IMG/VR virus record: IMGVR_UViG_3300001598_000034
Span: 64,001-128,000 of that record
Strand: one strand, 5' to 3'
From: a virus
Taxonomy: Duplodnaviria; Caudoviricetes
DNA length: 64,000 bases
Positions 47,168-57,179 of this stretch are shown one piece after another (positions within the stretch are counted from its first letter, which is position 1; each line of letters begins with the position of its first letter). The notes beneath the pieces were generated by a model. It saw nothing but the letters and a program-made list of their open reading frames with translations, was not told the DNA's origin and did not search any database. The translations under genes and the position numbers were made by a program.

Positions 47168-48970
47168 ATGGCTAATACATCACCAATTTCTGCTTTTGAT
47201 GCAGAAGAAAATATAGAGGTAAAAGCATTAGAAATAATGCGCGAATATTACCCAAGTATAGACTGTGGTCCAGGTACTCCTGTCTATGAAATGGTAATAC
47301 GCCCTATTGCATATTTATGGTCAAGACAGTCCATGGGTTTAGAAGAACTCATAAAGTCTGTAAGTTTTAATGACTACGTAAACATGGCCACAGAAGATTT
47401 AGATAGACTTATGAACCGCTATTTTCTTACTAGACGTGTTGGTAAAAATACTACAGGTATAGTACGTTGTATAACAAAAGGAAATGTAGATATCTATATA
47501 ATGTCTGGTGAAATATGGGAGATAGAAGACGGAAGAACTTACGAGGTACAAACTACCATTGATATAAAAAAAGATGAATGGGATGACATGAAGGATAATG
47601 GCGACCCATTATATTGGTATACGGAGTTAACAAATGTAGTAACAGCTAAGGGAAGACTTGCTACTATTGCTGAATTATATGCTCTTGTAGGTATGAAAAT
47701 TGGCGATAAGTATATTGTTACTAGTACCGATTCTGTTTGGGAATATAAAGATGTTTCTAACGAATATATTTGGGTTGAAGATAAAAGCATAACTCATCCA
47801 ATACTATATAAAGAAGTTCCTGATGATAAAAGGGTATATTATATTGATACTTTAGTAGTATCTACAGGTACTGGATCTATTTATAATGCTGCTCAATATG
47901 ATACTTTAATACCAACAGGTACTTCTTCTGCTGATATTGTATCTGCATATTTTTTGCATTCAACAAATGATGGTGGCGCATCTGAAAGTAATTATGATTT
48001 TTATACTAGAGCTAAAAATGAATTAGCCTTTAGGGGTATGTGTTCATACAAATCTACATCATCTCTATTATTAGAAAATTTTGATACTATAAAAGAGGTT
48101 GTATCTATAGGATTAAAAGATACGGAAATGATAAGAGACCTTGTACAAATTTCTACTGGATCTTCTACTACTCCGATAACAATTCATTCTGGGGGTCGTT
48201 GTGATATCTATATTAAACCGACTCAGTATTATGCCGAAAATGGCTATAATGCACCGCTAGGATTTCCTTTAATGTATGAAGGTATTAATTTAAAAGATGA
48301 TATACAAGATGCATTAATGACAAAATGGAATACTGAAGTAGCGCCACGTTTAACCTATCAAATAGGATTAAGAGGATCTCTTAGAGAATCTGTTGGAGAT
48401 TATTTAAATAGTAAAACAAATATGACTAATTTAAAGTCTGATTTAGATGACATAACTGAATTTGTTGAAAATGGAGAAAACACACCATTACATACAGATA
48501 GTCTTGTTAAGCAGATGTGGCCAATAATTATTAAGGTAAATCTTGAAATAGAATCAGACAACCCTGAAGAAGACATTTTATTGGCAAAAATGACCGTAAA
48601 TGAATATATAAAATCTCTTAAGTCTTCTGAGGCTCCTCAAATTGCTGAATTAGCGCACGTATTAAGATCTGCAGGAATTAAATCAGTACATGTTCCTTCT
48701 ACATATAAGTACCCTCCAAAAACTTCTGTGGATTTAGAGCGTCCAATATTAAAAGCTTATTATATAAGAGATTCTTTCGATATGGAATGGTTTGGGTTAA
48801 ATGGAACCACTTCTTCAACAAGTACTAAACCTACATTATTAAAGCCTGTGGAGACAGACAGTCTAAAGTTTGAAATAAGAGAAGACTATGCGAATCAGTC
48901 CCAAATAACTTTACGTACATGTACTTGGTATACTAATATGGATTTAATAAATATTGAGGTGAGTGGATAA
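47168..48970 (+). CDS. baseplate J/gp6-like protein
   Basis: LDRLMNRYFLTRRVGKNTTG, STGTGSIYN, GGASESNYDFYTR, GGRCDIY. Confidence 0.8.
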   Translation: MANTSPISAFDAEENIEVKALEIMREYYPSIDCGPGTPVYEMVIRPIAYLWSRQSMGLEELIKSVSFNDYVNMATEDLDRLMNRYFLTRRVGKNTTGIVRCITKGNVDIYIMSGEIWEIEDGRTYEVQTTIDIKKDEWDDMKDNGDPLYWYTELTNVVTAKGRLATIAELYALVGMKIGDKYIVTSTDSVWEYKDVSNEYIWVEDKSITHPILYKEVPDDKRVYYIDTLVVSTGTGSIYNAAQYDTLIPTGTSSADIVSAYFLHSTNDGGASESNYDFYTRAKNELAFRGMCSYKSTSSLLLENFDTIKEVVSIGLKDTEMIRDLVQISTGSSTTPITIHSGGRCDIYIKPTQYYAENGYNAPLGFPLMYEGINLKDDIQDALMTKWNTEVAPRLTYQIGLRGSLRESVGDYLNSKTNMTNLKSDLDDITEFVENGENTPLHTDSLVKQMWPIIIKVNLEIESDNPEEDILLAKMTVNEYIKSLKSSEAPQIAELAHVLRSAGIKSVHVPSTYKYPPKTSVDLERPILKAYYIRDSFDMEWFGLNGTTSSTSTKPTLLKPVETDSLKFEIREDYANQSQITLRTCTWYTNMDLINIEVSG

Positions 48971-50943
48971 TGCAGCGCTTTGATTCATGGAATCTAAGTA
49001 AAGCAGGTGATTTTTGGACAAAGAAGTTTAAACCATCTAAACTTATTAATACTGCAGCATTCATAAACTCAGCTTTAAGCCAACAATTAGATTCAGAACT
49101 CCTAGAAAGATATGATATAAATGATATTTCTGAACATACCCCAGGAACGTCTTACACCTGGGTAAAAATCAATCTAGATAAACCAATTTATGACGAAAAT
49201 TCATATCCCTATTGTTACATATATAAAGTGGATGAAAATTGGTTATATATAGATGCAATATATGATAAACATATTAATCCAGAAATTTCTTTGCAAAATA
49301 GCATAGACTTCTCATACAAACAAGGCAGTGGTAAATTAAAGTGTAAAAAAGAAATCATTGATAAGAATGGCACATTACCTATATTATATATTTCTAAGGG
49401 CTGGTATGCTGAGTATAGAGTCTATAATGAAATAGGGCATTTTTTAGACTATCTGGAAAAAGACTCAACGCTATATAGGGATTCTATTGCTCCAATTCTT
49501 GCTTCTTTGTATATTTGTCCCTCATATTTTTACTTACTAGCAGTTTTAAATGTTATGGTAGGTCTACCAATAGCTAAGTATGATGGAGAAACAATCCTTA
49601 GTATTATTGATGGCGTAATTAAGACTGATAAATATCAATATGAAATCGGTACTATCCATACACATTTAAATGTTGGAGATACGCTAGTTAAATTTCAACC
49701 ATTAACTGACGTAGTTGAACTTCATACAAATGAAATGGAGCCAAAATGGTGGGAAGGGCACCCAACAGCATTCTTTACTAAGTATACTCCAGGAACAATA
49801 TTGGATGATAAACTTCGTAATTATATTATGGAGAATTATCTTTTTGATTCTGTAGCTGGCATAGAATTTAGGCAAGATAAGCTTGGTTTAAATCCTGTAA
49901 ATTTTAACTACCAGATTAGAGATATATTTTTAAAGGCTGCACCCTCACACTCAGACTTCTTATTTGCTCAGTCTTATCATGTTGGTACTAGTTATGATGT
50001 CTATAACCTAATGACACCAACGGATGATTCTCATACTATACCTAGAATTATTCTCAGAAGTTTATTTGGTAGGTTTTTGAATAATGTACCTAAACAGGGA
50101 CTTACTGCTGGGCAATTTGGTATTTCATCTTACTTATTTCCGTCTCCGAAAATAAACACAACATACATAGATGGAAAATCATTAAAATTTAGTTCATCTT
50201 TCTGGCATTTATATAATGAATATGATGCGTTTAATGATTCTTGGAAATTTTTAGATACTCGTTTAGCTGAACCTAAATATAAAATATTTATAGAACCTTG
50301 GGAAGATAGAGTATATCTACGTCAAGGAGAACTGCCCCTCTTTAAAGACTCAGAAAGGAAATTTATCCCAGAAGATTTGGAAGAAAGGTTTAAGCCAACT
50401 ATATTCCTTGAATATGGTACTCCTTCTACAGATTCTGTTGGTGGCAAACATACAGATAGATACTCACCATTATTTTCGAGTCTTAATAATATAGGAACGC
50501 TCTTAGAACCTAATGTTCCAACCAATACGTCAATTCCAGCTTTTTCTAACTATTCTGCCCAAGACGTTCTAAATATAAAATTTCCAATACAATGGACTAG
50601 ATCTAATGTAACTGGAATAAGCAAAGATAGCACCTTTTATATTACAACGGAGAAAAGGGATGGCTATGTAATTAGTCCAGAAATAAATATTGGCTGGATT
50701 AATAAGATTCTAATTCCTGAATTACAGGATACATATACTCCTGCTGGAGGAGGATTATATATGGAATATTCTGTACGTAAAATTGAAGATGATAGTTGGT
50801 CTGCATGGACCCCTGTAGAAAGTGCTGAAAAACTGTATAATATTAATGGAAAAATAAAGTTTAAAATAAATCTTTTGTGTAATACTTCTATACTAGATGG
50901 AAATCCACGTTTTAGTGGTTTTAGACTCACTGTTAATGTATAA
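48970..50943 (+). CDS. putative baseplate wedge protein (gp7/gpI-like)
   Basis: Follows baseplate J; LNVMVGLP and APSH motifs. Confidence 0.5.
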   Translation: MQRFDSWNLSKAGDFWTKKFKPSKLINTAAFINSALSQQLDSELLERYDINDISEHTPGTSYTWVKINLDKPIYDENSYPYCYIYKVDENWLYIDAIYDKHINPEISLQNSIDFSYKQGSGKLKCKKEIIDKNGTLPILYISKGWYAEYRVYNEIGHFLDYLEKDSTLYRDSIAPILASLYICPSYFYLLAVLNVMVGLPIAKYDGETILSIIDGVIKTDKYQYEIGTIHTHLNVGDTLVKFQPLTDVVELHTNEMEPKWWEGHPTAFFTKYTPGTILDDKLRNYIMENYLFDSVAGIEFRQDKLGLNPVNFNYQIRDIFLKAAPSHSDFLFAQSYHVGTSYDVYNLMTPTDDSHTIPRIILRSLFGRFLNNVPKQGLTAGQFGISSYLFPSPKINTTYIDGKSLKFSSSFWHLYNEYDAFNDSWKFLDTRLAEPKYKIFIEPWEDRVYLRQGELPLFKDSERKFIPEDLEERFKPTIFLEYGTPSTDSVGGKHTDRYSPLFSSLNNIGTLLEPNVPTNTSIPAFSNYSAQDVLNIKFPIQWTRSNVTGISKDSTFYITTEKRDGYVISPEINIGWINKILIPELQDTYTPAGGGLYMEYSVRKIEDDSWSAWTPVESAEKLYNINGKIKFKINLLCNTSILDGNPRFSGFRLTVNV

Positions 50944-50975
50944 ATAAAATATAAATATATAAGGAGAAATAATTC

Positions 50976-51542
50976 ATGGAAGTGGCTTCAATGGCTAAAA
51001 AAAATAATATGGGGATGTGTAATGGAATTAAACTTCGGGGTATTGTTACCTATAAGGCTTATGATAAAGACCACAATTTAGTAGATACTAAAACTACCCA
51101 TAATAATATCGTATTAGGTATTCGCGAACCTATTATTGAGCTTCTCTCTGGGTATCAAGCTCTTCTCTACCCTGAGAAACTAGCTAATTTGCACTTTATT
51201 CGTAAGATTAGACTTGGAAATAATCCCCAAGCTCCTACGGCACTTGATAATAAACTTTACGGTGAGATACCCGGGTCAGAAAACATGTGCATTAGCGAAC
51301 CTCAAATAAATACTTCCGGACCTAATGTTACGTTTGCATTTATGTATAACCCAACATCTTCGATAGATGGTAAGATTATTAAAGAAATGGGTCTGTACGC
51401 ATGTAAGCAAGATGGTACTGGTGATGTATTAGTTGCGCGTACTGTTGTTGGTGATGAAACTAGCGGTTGGACAAAATTAAACGGTTTATATTTTGAAATT
51501 TACTGGACTATTGGTTATCAGGGTGAGATAACAGCCGAGTAA
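50976..51542 (+). CDS. putative baseplate/tail-fibre attachment protein
   Basis: HNNIV...IRLG...PTALDNKL...IKEMGLY...LVAR...YWTI pattern. Confidence 0.6.
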   Translation: MEVASMAKKNNMGMCNGIKLRGIVTYKAYDKDHNLVDTKTTHNNIVLGIREPIIELLSGYQALLYPEKLANLHFIRKIRLGNNPQAPTALDNKLYGEIPGSENMCISEPQINTSGPNVTFAFMYNPTSSIDGKIIKEMGLYACKQDGTGDVLVARTVVGDETSGWTKLNGLYFEIYWTIGYQGEITAE

Positions 51543-51551
51543 TAAACTAAA

Positions 51552-51713
51552 AAAATATATACATAACCTGAAACCTAATATCACGGTATCCTGATTGGGA
51601 AGTTACCTGCAGCGGGTGAAACAGGAATAAGTCGTCTACATATGTAGACGACTTTTTTTATTAAGTAAAAGAATTCTTTTACATAATAAATAAATTCCTT
51701 ATGTATATATTTT
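51552..51713 (-). ncRNA. candidate retron-type msr-msd RNA downstream of the RT gene
   Basis: Perfect 15-bp terminal inverted repeat (51552-51566 / 51699-51713), unpaired G right after the 5' arm, two internal stem-loops, then a structured msd-like segment. Confidence 0.55.
51629..51659 (+). terminator. intrinsic terminator of the tail operon (nested in the candidate ncRNA)
   Basis: Palindrome AAGTCGTCTACATATGTAGACGACTT followed by a T tract. Confidence 0.65.
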
Positions 51714-51721
51714 GTGTTTTT

Positions 51722-53299
51722 TTATTTAAAGTTTTCTGGAACTAATTTTGGTAAACAATCACTAAGACCAGATTGGTCCATCTTAGTTAAAAACACCACT
51801 AATTGATCGTAGCATCTTTTATAGGATTCGAAAATAATACTTAATAGTTTTACCTCTTTTGCTTGATCTACTGTGTGCAGATGACTCATTATTCCCCAGA
51901 AATTGTTGATATCCAAAGGATTCTCCAGTAGGTTTCTATAATTAGGATTATTGCTTTCTTCTTTCTTGGCGAAGATATTTAGCAGATTAAGTAATTTTTC
52001 TTTAAATTTTTTTTCTCTATAAGAAAACTGGTGTGAGAAGGGATCATCGCCTGTATTTCCTTTGCGTTCGGATGTAACTACTGCCCCTAATACTCTTTGA
52101 AATAGTACTTGGCGTCCTAATAGCATAGCGATTAAACGTAAGTTCTCATAGGATTTTCTTGGGTAATTAATTTTTCCATTTACAATATTCATGCCTAATA
52201 GATGCTTAGTGCTTTGAATATAATAGAATTTCGGTTTAATGGCTAGATCTGCTATACCATTCAAGTTATTGGCTAGTATTTCTAAATTAGCTTCTACTGT
52301 ATCTCTATCTAATTTATCCATGTTGGCACTTACAACTTTATAGCTTCCGGATTCTGTTATATTGAAAGAGGAATCTCCAAAGAGTTCATAACATTCTTTT
52401 AATACTAGCGTCAAGTCCTTCTTAGAAAATTTATTTTTCTTTTTGAACTCAATACTTGTTAAGATGCTCTTCGAAGAAGTCCTCATAATCTTGAGCTTTT
52501 CCCAATTAATTGTAAATGGAAGAATTTCTTTCGTTAATTCTTTAACAAACTTTCTGGACGTGCTATAATCTATACTCCCAGAAAAGGCTAAATCATCAGC
52601 ATACCGACTGTAAGCTAGATTATATTTACTTGCCAGCTCTGCTATTTTTTCGTCCATCTCGTAATTAAGCGCTACTACTAAACAGGGGGATGTTGGTGCT
52701 CCTTGTGGTAAACAACTATTGCGAGTAATTAAACACATGATACCATTCAGTGTATAGTCGTCTAACCCTACATTATAAGAGGCTTTAAACTTTTCTTTTA
52801 ACTTAGTTTTGACATAATTATACTTATGATTATCAAAGAATTTATTAAGATCAACATGGATTAATGTTTCACCATCTTTAACGGCCGAGGCTGCATCATA
52901 AATATTTTTTCCACTGACAAAGCCATTATTAGCTGGATGAATTGGAAATTTTGAAAATACGCTTATCAATTTTTTCTGCAAACTTTTCAATTCGTCTACT
53001 GGAGCATTAATTTCTCTAAGTTTACCCGGAAAACTTCTCGGAACGATCTTATGTGAGCGTTTGTCAATATAAAATGTTTTATATAATTTGTTAGGATATA
53101 TTGTTTTAATTTCTGACAGCTCTTGTGGTGTTAACCCAAGAAATACACTTAATGTAACAAAGTCAATAAATGGTGCATTTTCTGTGCATTCTGGAACACA
53201 CTGACAAGAATTAAATGAACATCCATTTTCTTCTATAAATACTTGCTTATTGTATATGCGATCTTTAGCCGAATTTTTTATTGATTCAAATACTTTCAT
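51722..53299 (-). CDS. retron-like reverse transcriptase
   Basis: KLREINAP..ELKSLQK, HPANNGFVSGKNI, VDLNKFFD, LPQGAPTSP, YSRYADDLAFSG, FTINWEK. Confidence 0.92.
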   Translation of the reverse strand: MKVFESIKNSAKDRIYNKQVFIEENGCSFNSCQCVPECTENAPFIDFVTLSVFLGLTPQELSEIKTIYPNKLYKTFYIDKRSHKIVPRSFPGKLREINAPVDELKSLQKKLISVFSKFPIHPANNGFVSGKNIYDAASAVKDGETLIHVDLNKFFDNHKYNYVKTKLKEKFKASYNVGLDDYTLNGIMCLITRNSCLPQGAPTSPCLVVALNYEMDEKIAELASKYNLAYSRYADDLAFSGSIDYSTSRKFVKELTKEILPFTINWEKLKIMRTSSKSILTSIEFKKKNKFSKKDLTLVLKECYELFGDSSFNITESGSYKVVSANMDKLDRDTVEANLEILANNLNGIADLAIKPKFYYIQSTKHLLGMNIVNGKINYPRKSYENLRLIAMLLGRQVLFQRVLGAVVTSERKGNTGDDPFSHQFSYREKKFKEKLLNLLNIFAKKEESNNPNYRNLLENPLDINNFWGIMSHLHTVDQAKEVKLLSIIFESYKRCYDQLVVFLTKMDQSGLSDCLPKLVPENFK

Positions 53300-53919
53300 T
53301 ATTTATAAATTTCTCCCTCTGTTGATTCCCAAAATTCTCCTAATGTTTTCAAATCTTCTGTGGTGTATTCCTTGTCTACTTTTATTTCTTGCTCTTCATT
53401 TTTAGGAATATCACAATTAAATAAACAATCGTATGCTGTTGTTTTGTACAGGCAGATACCAGATACTTGCTCAGCCTTTAACCTACAAATATCACAGGGT
53501 GAAGATACTTCTTTACCATCTATAATAATATTAGCAATATTTAGTGCTATATGAGTATCGTCTGATCCTTGACTAGTTATAAAATTACCAAAACATGTAG
53601 GAAGTTTATTCTTTAAGTCCTTTTCAAAGTTAAATATGGGGATAGAAACAATAACGTCTTTCTTTTCATTCTTGGCATAAATAAGAAATTCTTCTAATAC
53701 TTCTATATTACTCAGATTATATAGAGTATATTTTTCTACTTTACGAATGAAGGATACTAGCTCCGAATTGGCGATAACTAATTTGAAATAGTTCTTCAGG
53801 AATGAAATATTCTCAATACTGAAATATGCCATTAGGGGAGAATAATTTGAAGCTACCAGAATATTAACTGATGTCTTCTGTGGTTTAAAAAATACCACAC
53901 TCTTACTACTGAAATCCAT
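53299..53919 (-). CDS. RT-coupled accessory protein with C-terminal Cys cluster
   Basis: Stop overlaps the RT start (TAATG); CDIC...C...C..C; GAAAGGA RBS. Confidence 0.7.
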   Translation of the reverse strand: MDFSSKSVVFFKPQKTSVNILVASNYSPLMAYFSIENISFLKNYFKLVIANSELVSFIRKVEKYTLYNLSNIEVLEEFLIYAKNEKKDVIVSIPIFNFEKDLKNKLPTCFGNFITSQGSDDTHIALNIANIIIDGKEVSSPCDICRLKAEQVSGICLYKTTAYDCLFNCDIPKNEEQEIKVDKEYTTEDLKTLGEFWESTEGEIYK

Positions 53920-53967
53920 AATAAGTTTTCCTTTCTTGTTTTTTTTAATACCTCTATGGTCTTATGC

Positions 53968-54066
53968 TTACTTATCGTAGAAGCCACGGAGTCCACATAT
54001 TGTTAAGCAATCGGAAGTTGACCATATAACTTCCCACAATATTAGACACAAAACTTTTTTAAACAC
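53968..54066 (-). CDS. putative 32-aa peptide (MFKKVLCLILWEVIWSTSDCLTICGLRGFYDK)
   Basis: AAGGAG RBS 5 nt before GTG; not in ORF track. Confidence 0.35.
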   Translation of the reverse strand: MFKKVLCLILWEVIWSTSDCLTICGLRGFYDK

Positions 54067-54080
54067 TAATTCTCCTTACT

Positions 54081-54165
54081 ACATTAGACGTTGTACGGTA
54101 TAGCGTTTACACGCTCATACCTGTGTGACAGAATGCTTATTCTGTCCGCTCATTTTATCTAATGT
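54081..54165 (-). ncRNA. candidate three-way-junction RNA in the RT operon leader
   Basis: On the - strand, ACATTAGA/TCTAATGT closes hairpins GACAGAAT/ATTCTGTC and GGTA..AGCG/CGCT..TACC. Confidence 0.4.
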
Positions 54166-54193
54166 TGTGTTTATATACTAAAAAACGTAAAAC

Positions 54194-54229
54194 AAAAAAA
54201 GGAGATACTTAATTACTAAATATCTCCTT
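54194..54229 (-). terminator. intrinsic terminator after terL
   Basis: AAGGAGATA/TATCTCCTT hairpin followed by a U tract on the - strand. Confidence 0.7.
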
Positions 54230-54275
54230 CAATATACTTATACCATTTTTATTTAATTTTTTATGTATTACTCTA

Positions 54276-55379
54276 CTAGTGTTCTTCCTCTATATCAAAA
54301 GATCCTTGAGGGGGTGAACTTTCTACTTCTTTCTTTACTGCATCAGGTGGTTGAAATTCTTCTAGCTGATGTTCTGCGCGATGCGGATGTGGTAAAAAGA
54401 AACGTGCACCTAAACGTAGATATACTAATGTGTGAGCAAAGTCATCTGGAACATTGGGGTCACGAATAATTTGAAATGACCTTGTTTTTTCATTATATTC
54501 ACAAGATAAGGTAAGTAAGTCTGGAGCAAACATGTCTTTAATTCGTTCATATTTTGGTAATATAATTCTATGTGCTTTAATGTCTAATATCATACCGGCC
54601 ATAGCCCTAGTACGGTCTGTTATCCATGACTTTGAATCTACATTGAATTTCATTCCAGCTTGTACTCTAGCTTTATATTCTATTTCATATAGAGGTTTAT
54701 TTGGAATATTACGTCTAAGTACTGAATTTGCTAGACTACCACCGCCTCTATCGGCTACGATTAACGAGACGTTTGCTTTGTTTATAATTGAACAAATATC
54801 ATCCATTTGTGTAAGGGGGTCTTGGTCAACTGGATATTTCTTAGAAAAGATAACTCTGACTGCACCATCACTATCTAAGCCACCAATCGTTAATACTGTA
54901 TGTGTGTTTCCACCGAGTACACCCCAATCGCAACTTGCTATAAGCTGCCTTACATGCCATTCTGACTTTCTATCTAGAGTAAAATCAGACATATTATTAT
55001 CGCAGCAACTTTCAATATCTGCTTCGATAAGTAACTTAGCACCATTATCATAACTAAAGCCTAAACACTCGTTGTAGAGCTTTGCTTCGGAGTACATTGG
55101 GTTATCTAATTTTTCATAAAGACGTTCCCAAGGTATTCCTGTAGCTGGAACACCTGCAACCATTGCTTGAGAGATGTGGTACCCAACAAACTTTCTATCT
55201 GGATGCATAGCTACGTATTCTCCAGTATTGACATCTATATGTCCTCCACACTTCTTGCATATTAAACCAATTGGGGAAAGATTCTCTATTTGAATCGGTA
55301 CATTCCATGTATTACAAGACGGACATTTAATTGCCCAATAATGTTGTGTTGATGTATCCCAGAGCTTTTGAATTGTATT
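54276..55379 (-). CDS. terL: terminase large subunit, exon 3 (zinc ribbon + nuclease domain)
   Basis: Frame open 57 codons upstream of the ORF-track start: NTIQKLWD...CPSC...CKKC; NECLG, SCDWG, ADRGGG, PDDFAH. Confidence 0.85.
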   Translation of the reverse strand, partial: NTIQKLWDTSTQHYWAIKCPSCNTWNVPIQIENLSPIGLICKKCGGHIDVNTGEYVAMHPDRKFVGYHISQAMVAGVPATGIPWERLYEKLDNPMYSEAKLYNECLGFSYDNGAKLLIEADIESCCDNNMSDFTLDRKSEWHVRQLIASCDWGVLGGNTHTVLTIGGLDSDGAVRVIFSKKYPVDQDPLTQMDDICSIINKANVSLIVADRGGGSLANSVLRRNIPNKPLYEIEYKARVQAGMKFNVDSKSWITDRTRAMAGMILDIKAHRIILPKYERIKDMFAPDLLTLSCEYNEKTRSFQIIRDPNVPDDFAHTLVYLRLGARFFLPHPHRAEHQLEEFQPPDAVKKEVESSPPQGSFDIEEEH

Positions 55380-55639
<260 letters not shown>

Positions 55640-56044
55640 ATCGAATGTTTTTGGTGTACCAGTGTAGTACATTCTTTTAGGATTTTTACGGGACGTACAC
55701 TCCTCAATGACTGGAAGTGAATCATAGTGTATATCTTGCACCTCATCAATATACACACTATTAGCTGTCAATCCACGGATACCGTCTGCGTTTAAATAGC
55801 AAGAACGCAGATAAATAGCTGATTGATTGAGCAGTTCTCTAAGAAATACCTGCTGTTTACAAGAAGAATCAATATAATATTTTTTAATTAAAGGTGAGTT
55901 AAGTAACATTGGTCCAAGTTTATCAGTTGCAAAAGCAGTTATCTGATCTTGCCTTGGAGCTACATATAAACTTCTCCAATAAGGATGGGAAGTTAATTCT
56001 GTAACTGCTAGACTACTTACTGTGGTGCTTTTTCCTACTTGTCT
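55640..56044 (-). CDS. terL: terminase large subunit, exon 2 (ATPase)
   Basis: RQVGKST (Walker A), IRGLTANSVYIDEVQD (Walker B), YTGTPK. Confidence 0.9.
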
Positions 56045-56298
56045 CATTTGTGTTTAATTGGTTCGTTAATCCAATCTGGTTAATACCACTGTATATTTCT
56101 ATACAGATCTGACTATATCTTCTTCCCTCATGGGAAGCTCCGCGCTTCGATTGCACTTGCAACCTACTCCTTTACAGGATAGTCGATGAACCCGATTTAA
56201 CTTGGCTGCTGATTTCCCTACGCTTAGCTTTAAGGGTTTCCCAGCAATTCACGGAGTTATACTCTGTAATGTTACCACTACAGACGGCAGTTTTATTT
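56045..56298 (-). mobile_element. ORF-less group I intron 1 in terL (254 nt)
   Basis: Exon ends GGT followed by AAATAAAACTGCCG; AAGATATAGTC core; terminal G; join gives ILMTG|RQVGKST. Confidence 0.9.
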
Positions 56299-56439
56299 AC
56301 CTGTCATAAGTATCATTTTCTCAACGTTTGTATCTATAATTGTTCGCATATATGGAAGCAAGTATAATGGTTTCCCATCCATATATATTAATTTAGATGC
56401 AAAGTCTGATGGTCTTGTTTCTATGTTATATAGTGCTAT
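56299..56439 (-). CDS. terL: terminase large subunit, exon 1 (not in ORF track; possible ATA start)
   Basis: 47 codons: (I/M)ALYNIETRPSDFASKLIYMDGKPLYLLPYMRTIIDTNVEKMILMTG; spliced product about 549 aa. Confidence 0.75.
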
Positions 56440-56444
56440 TTAAA

Positions 56445-57179
56445 TCACCTTCTTTTTCTTTTTTTTATCATATCTTTTAAATTATCTATGTTTATATATT
56501 TAGTAATAGACTTATATACACTTTGAAAATCCTCTGATTTATTTTTTAAACCATACATTTTATAGAATAATATATAAAGCGCCCCTTTGAATAGGGATTC
56601 TGGATTGTCGTGCAAATATCCTATTCCTCTATTACATGTATCACACAATAAGCCTCTTAATATACCAGAATAATGATCATGATCAGCGTGTAGTACATCT
56701 CGTTTTTCTTTATTATAAACTTTTTTACCACATAAAAGGCAACAGTTATCTTGTGTATTTTGAACTCTCATGTACTCCTCGTGTGACCAACCTGTTCGTT
56801 GCTTTCTTGCTAATGCTGTAAAATAAGGTCGACTTTCTTCTTTGTGCATTAACCTATATTGTCTATTATATTCTTTGTATTTTTTATCTTTTTGTGGATC
56901 TGATTTTCTTTCTATATATTGTCTTTTAACTGTACATTTTTTACATGTATGGGAGTAACAATTATCTCTTTTAAAAAAATAGTAATCATGAAATGTATAT
57001 ACATTCTTACATTCTTTACATCTTCTAGTCCCAATTACTTCTGGTATAATCAGTGGGTCCCAAAAGTCATCTAAAAATAACCTCTCCTCATGTGCCCATC
57101 CACCTTCTATAATGTTTAAATCAAAGTCTGTCAACGTTAAAGCCTTTCTAAAAAAAATGAGATAGCAACTAGTCTTCAC
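56445..57179 (-). CDS. free-standing endonuclease VII-family (HNH) nuclease, probable homing endonuclease
   Basis: CKEC...CKKC; QDNCCLLC...HADHDHYSGILRGLLCDTCNRGIG. Confidence 0.85.
   Translation of the reverse strand: MKTSCYLIFFRKALTLTDFDLNIIEGGWAHEERLFLDDFWDPLIIPEVIGTRRCKECKNVYTFHDYYFFKRDNCYSHTCKKCTVKRQYIERKSDPQKDKKYKEYNRQYRLMHKEESRPYFTALARKQRTGWSHEEYMRVQNTQDNCCLLCGKKVYNKEKRDVLHADHDHYSGILRGLLCDTCNRGIGYLHDNPESLFKGALYILFYKMYGLKNKSEDFQSVYKSITKYINIDNLKDMIKKRKRR

Noticed and set aside
51588-51628. Hammerhead ribozyme (CTGA...GAAA)
   Set aside because: CUGANGA core is absent (reads CUGAUUG) and the stems do not fit.
51722-53299. RT as a DGR or group II intron
   Set aside because: No TR/VR repeat pair with adenine-specific mismatches noticed, no group II domain V, and the core has retron-type QGAPTSP.
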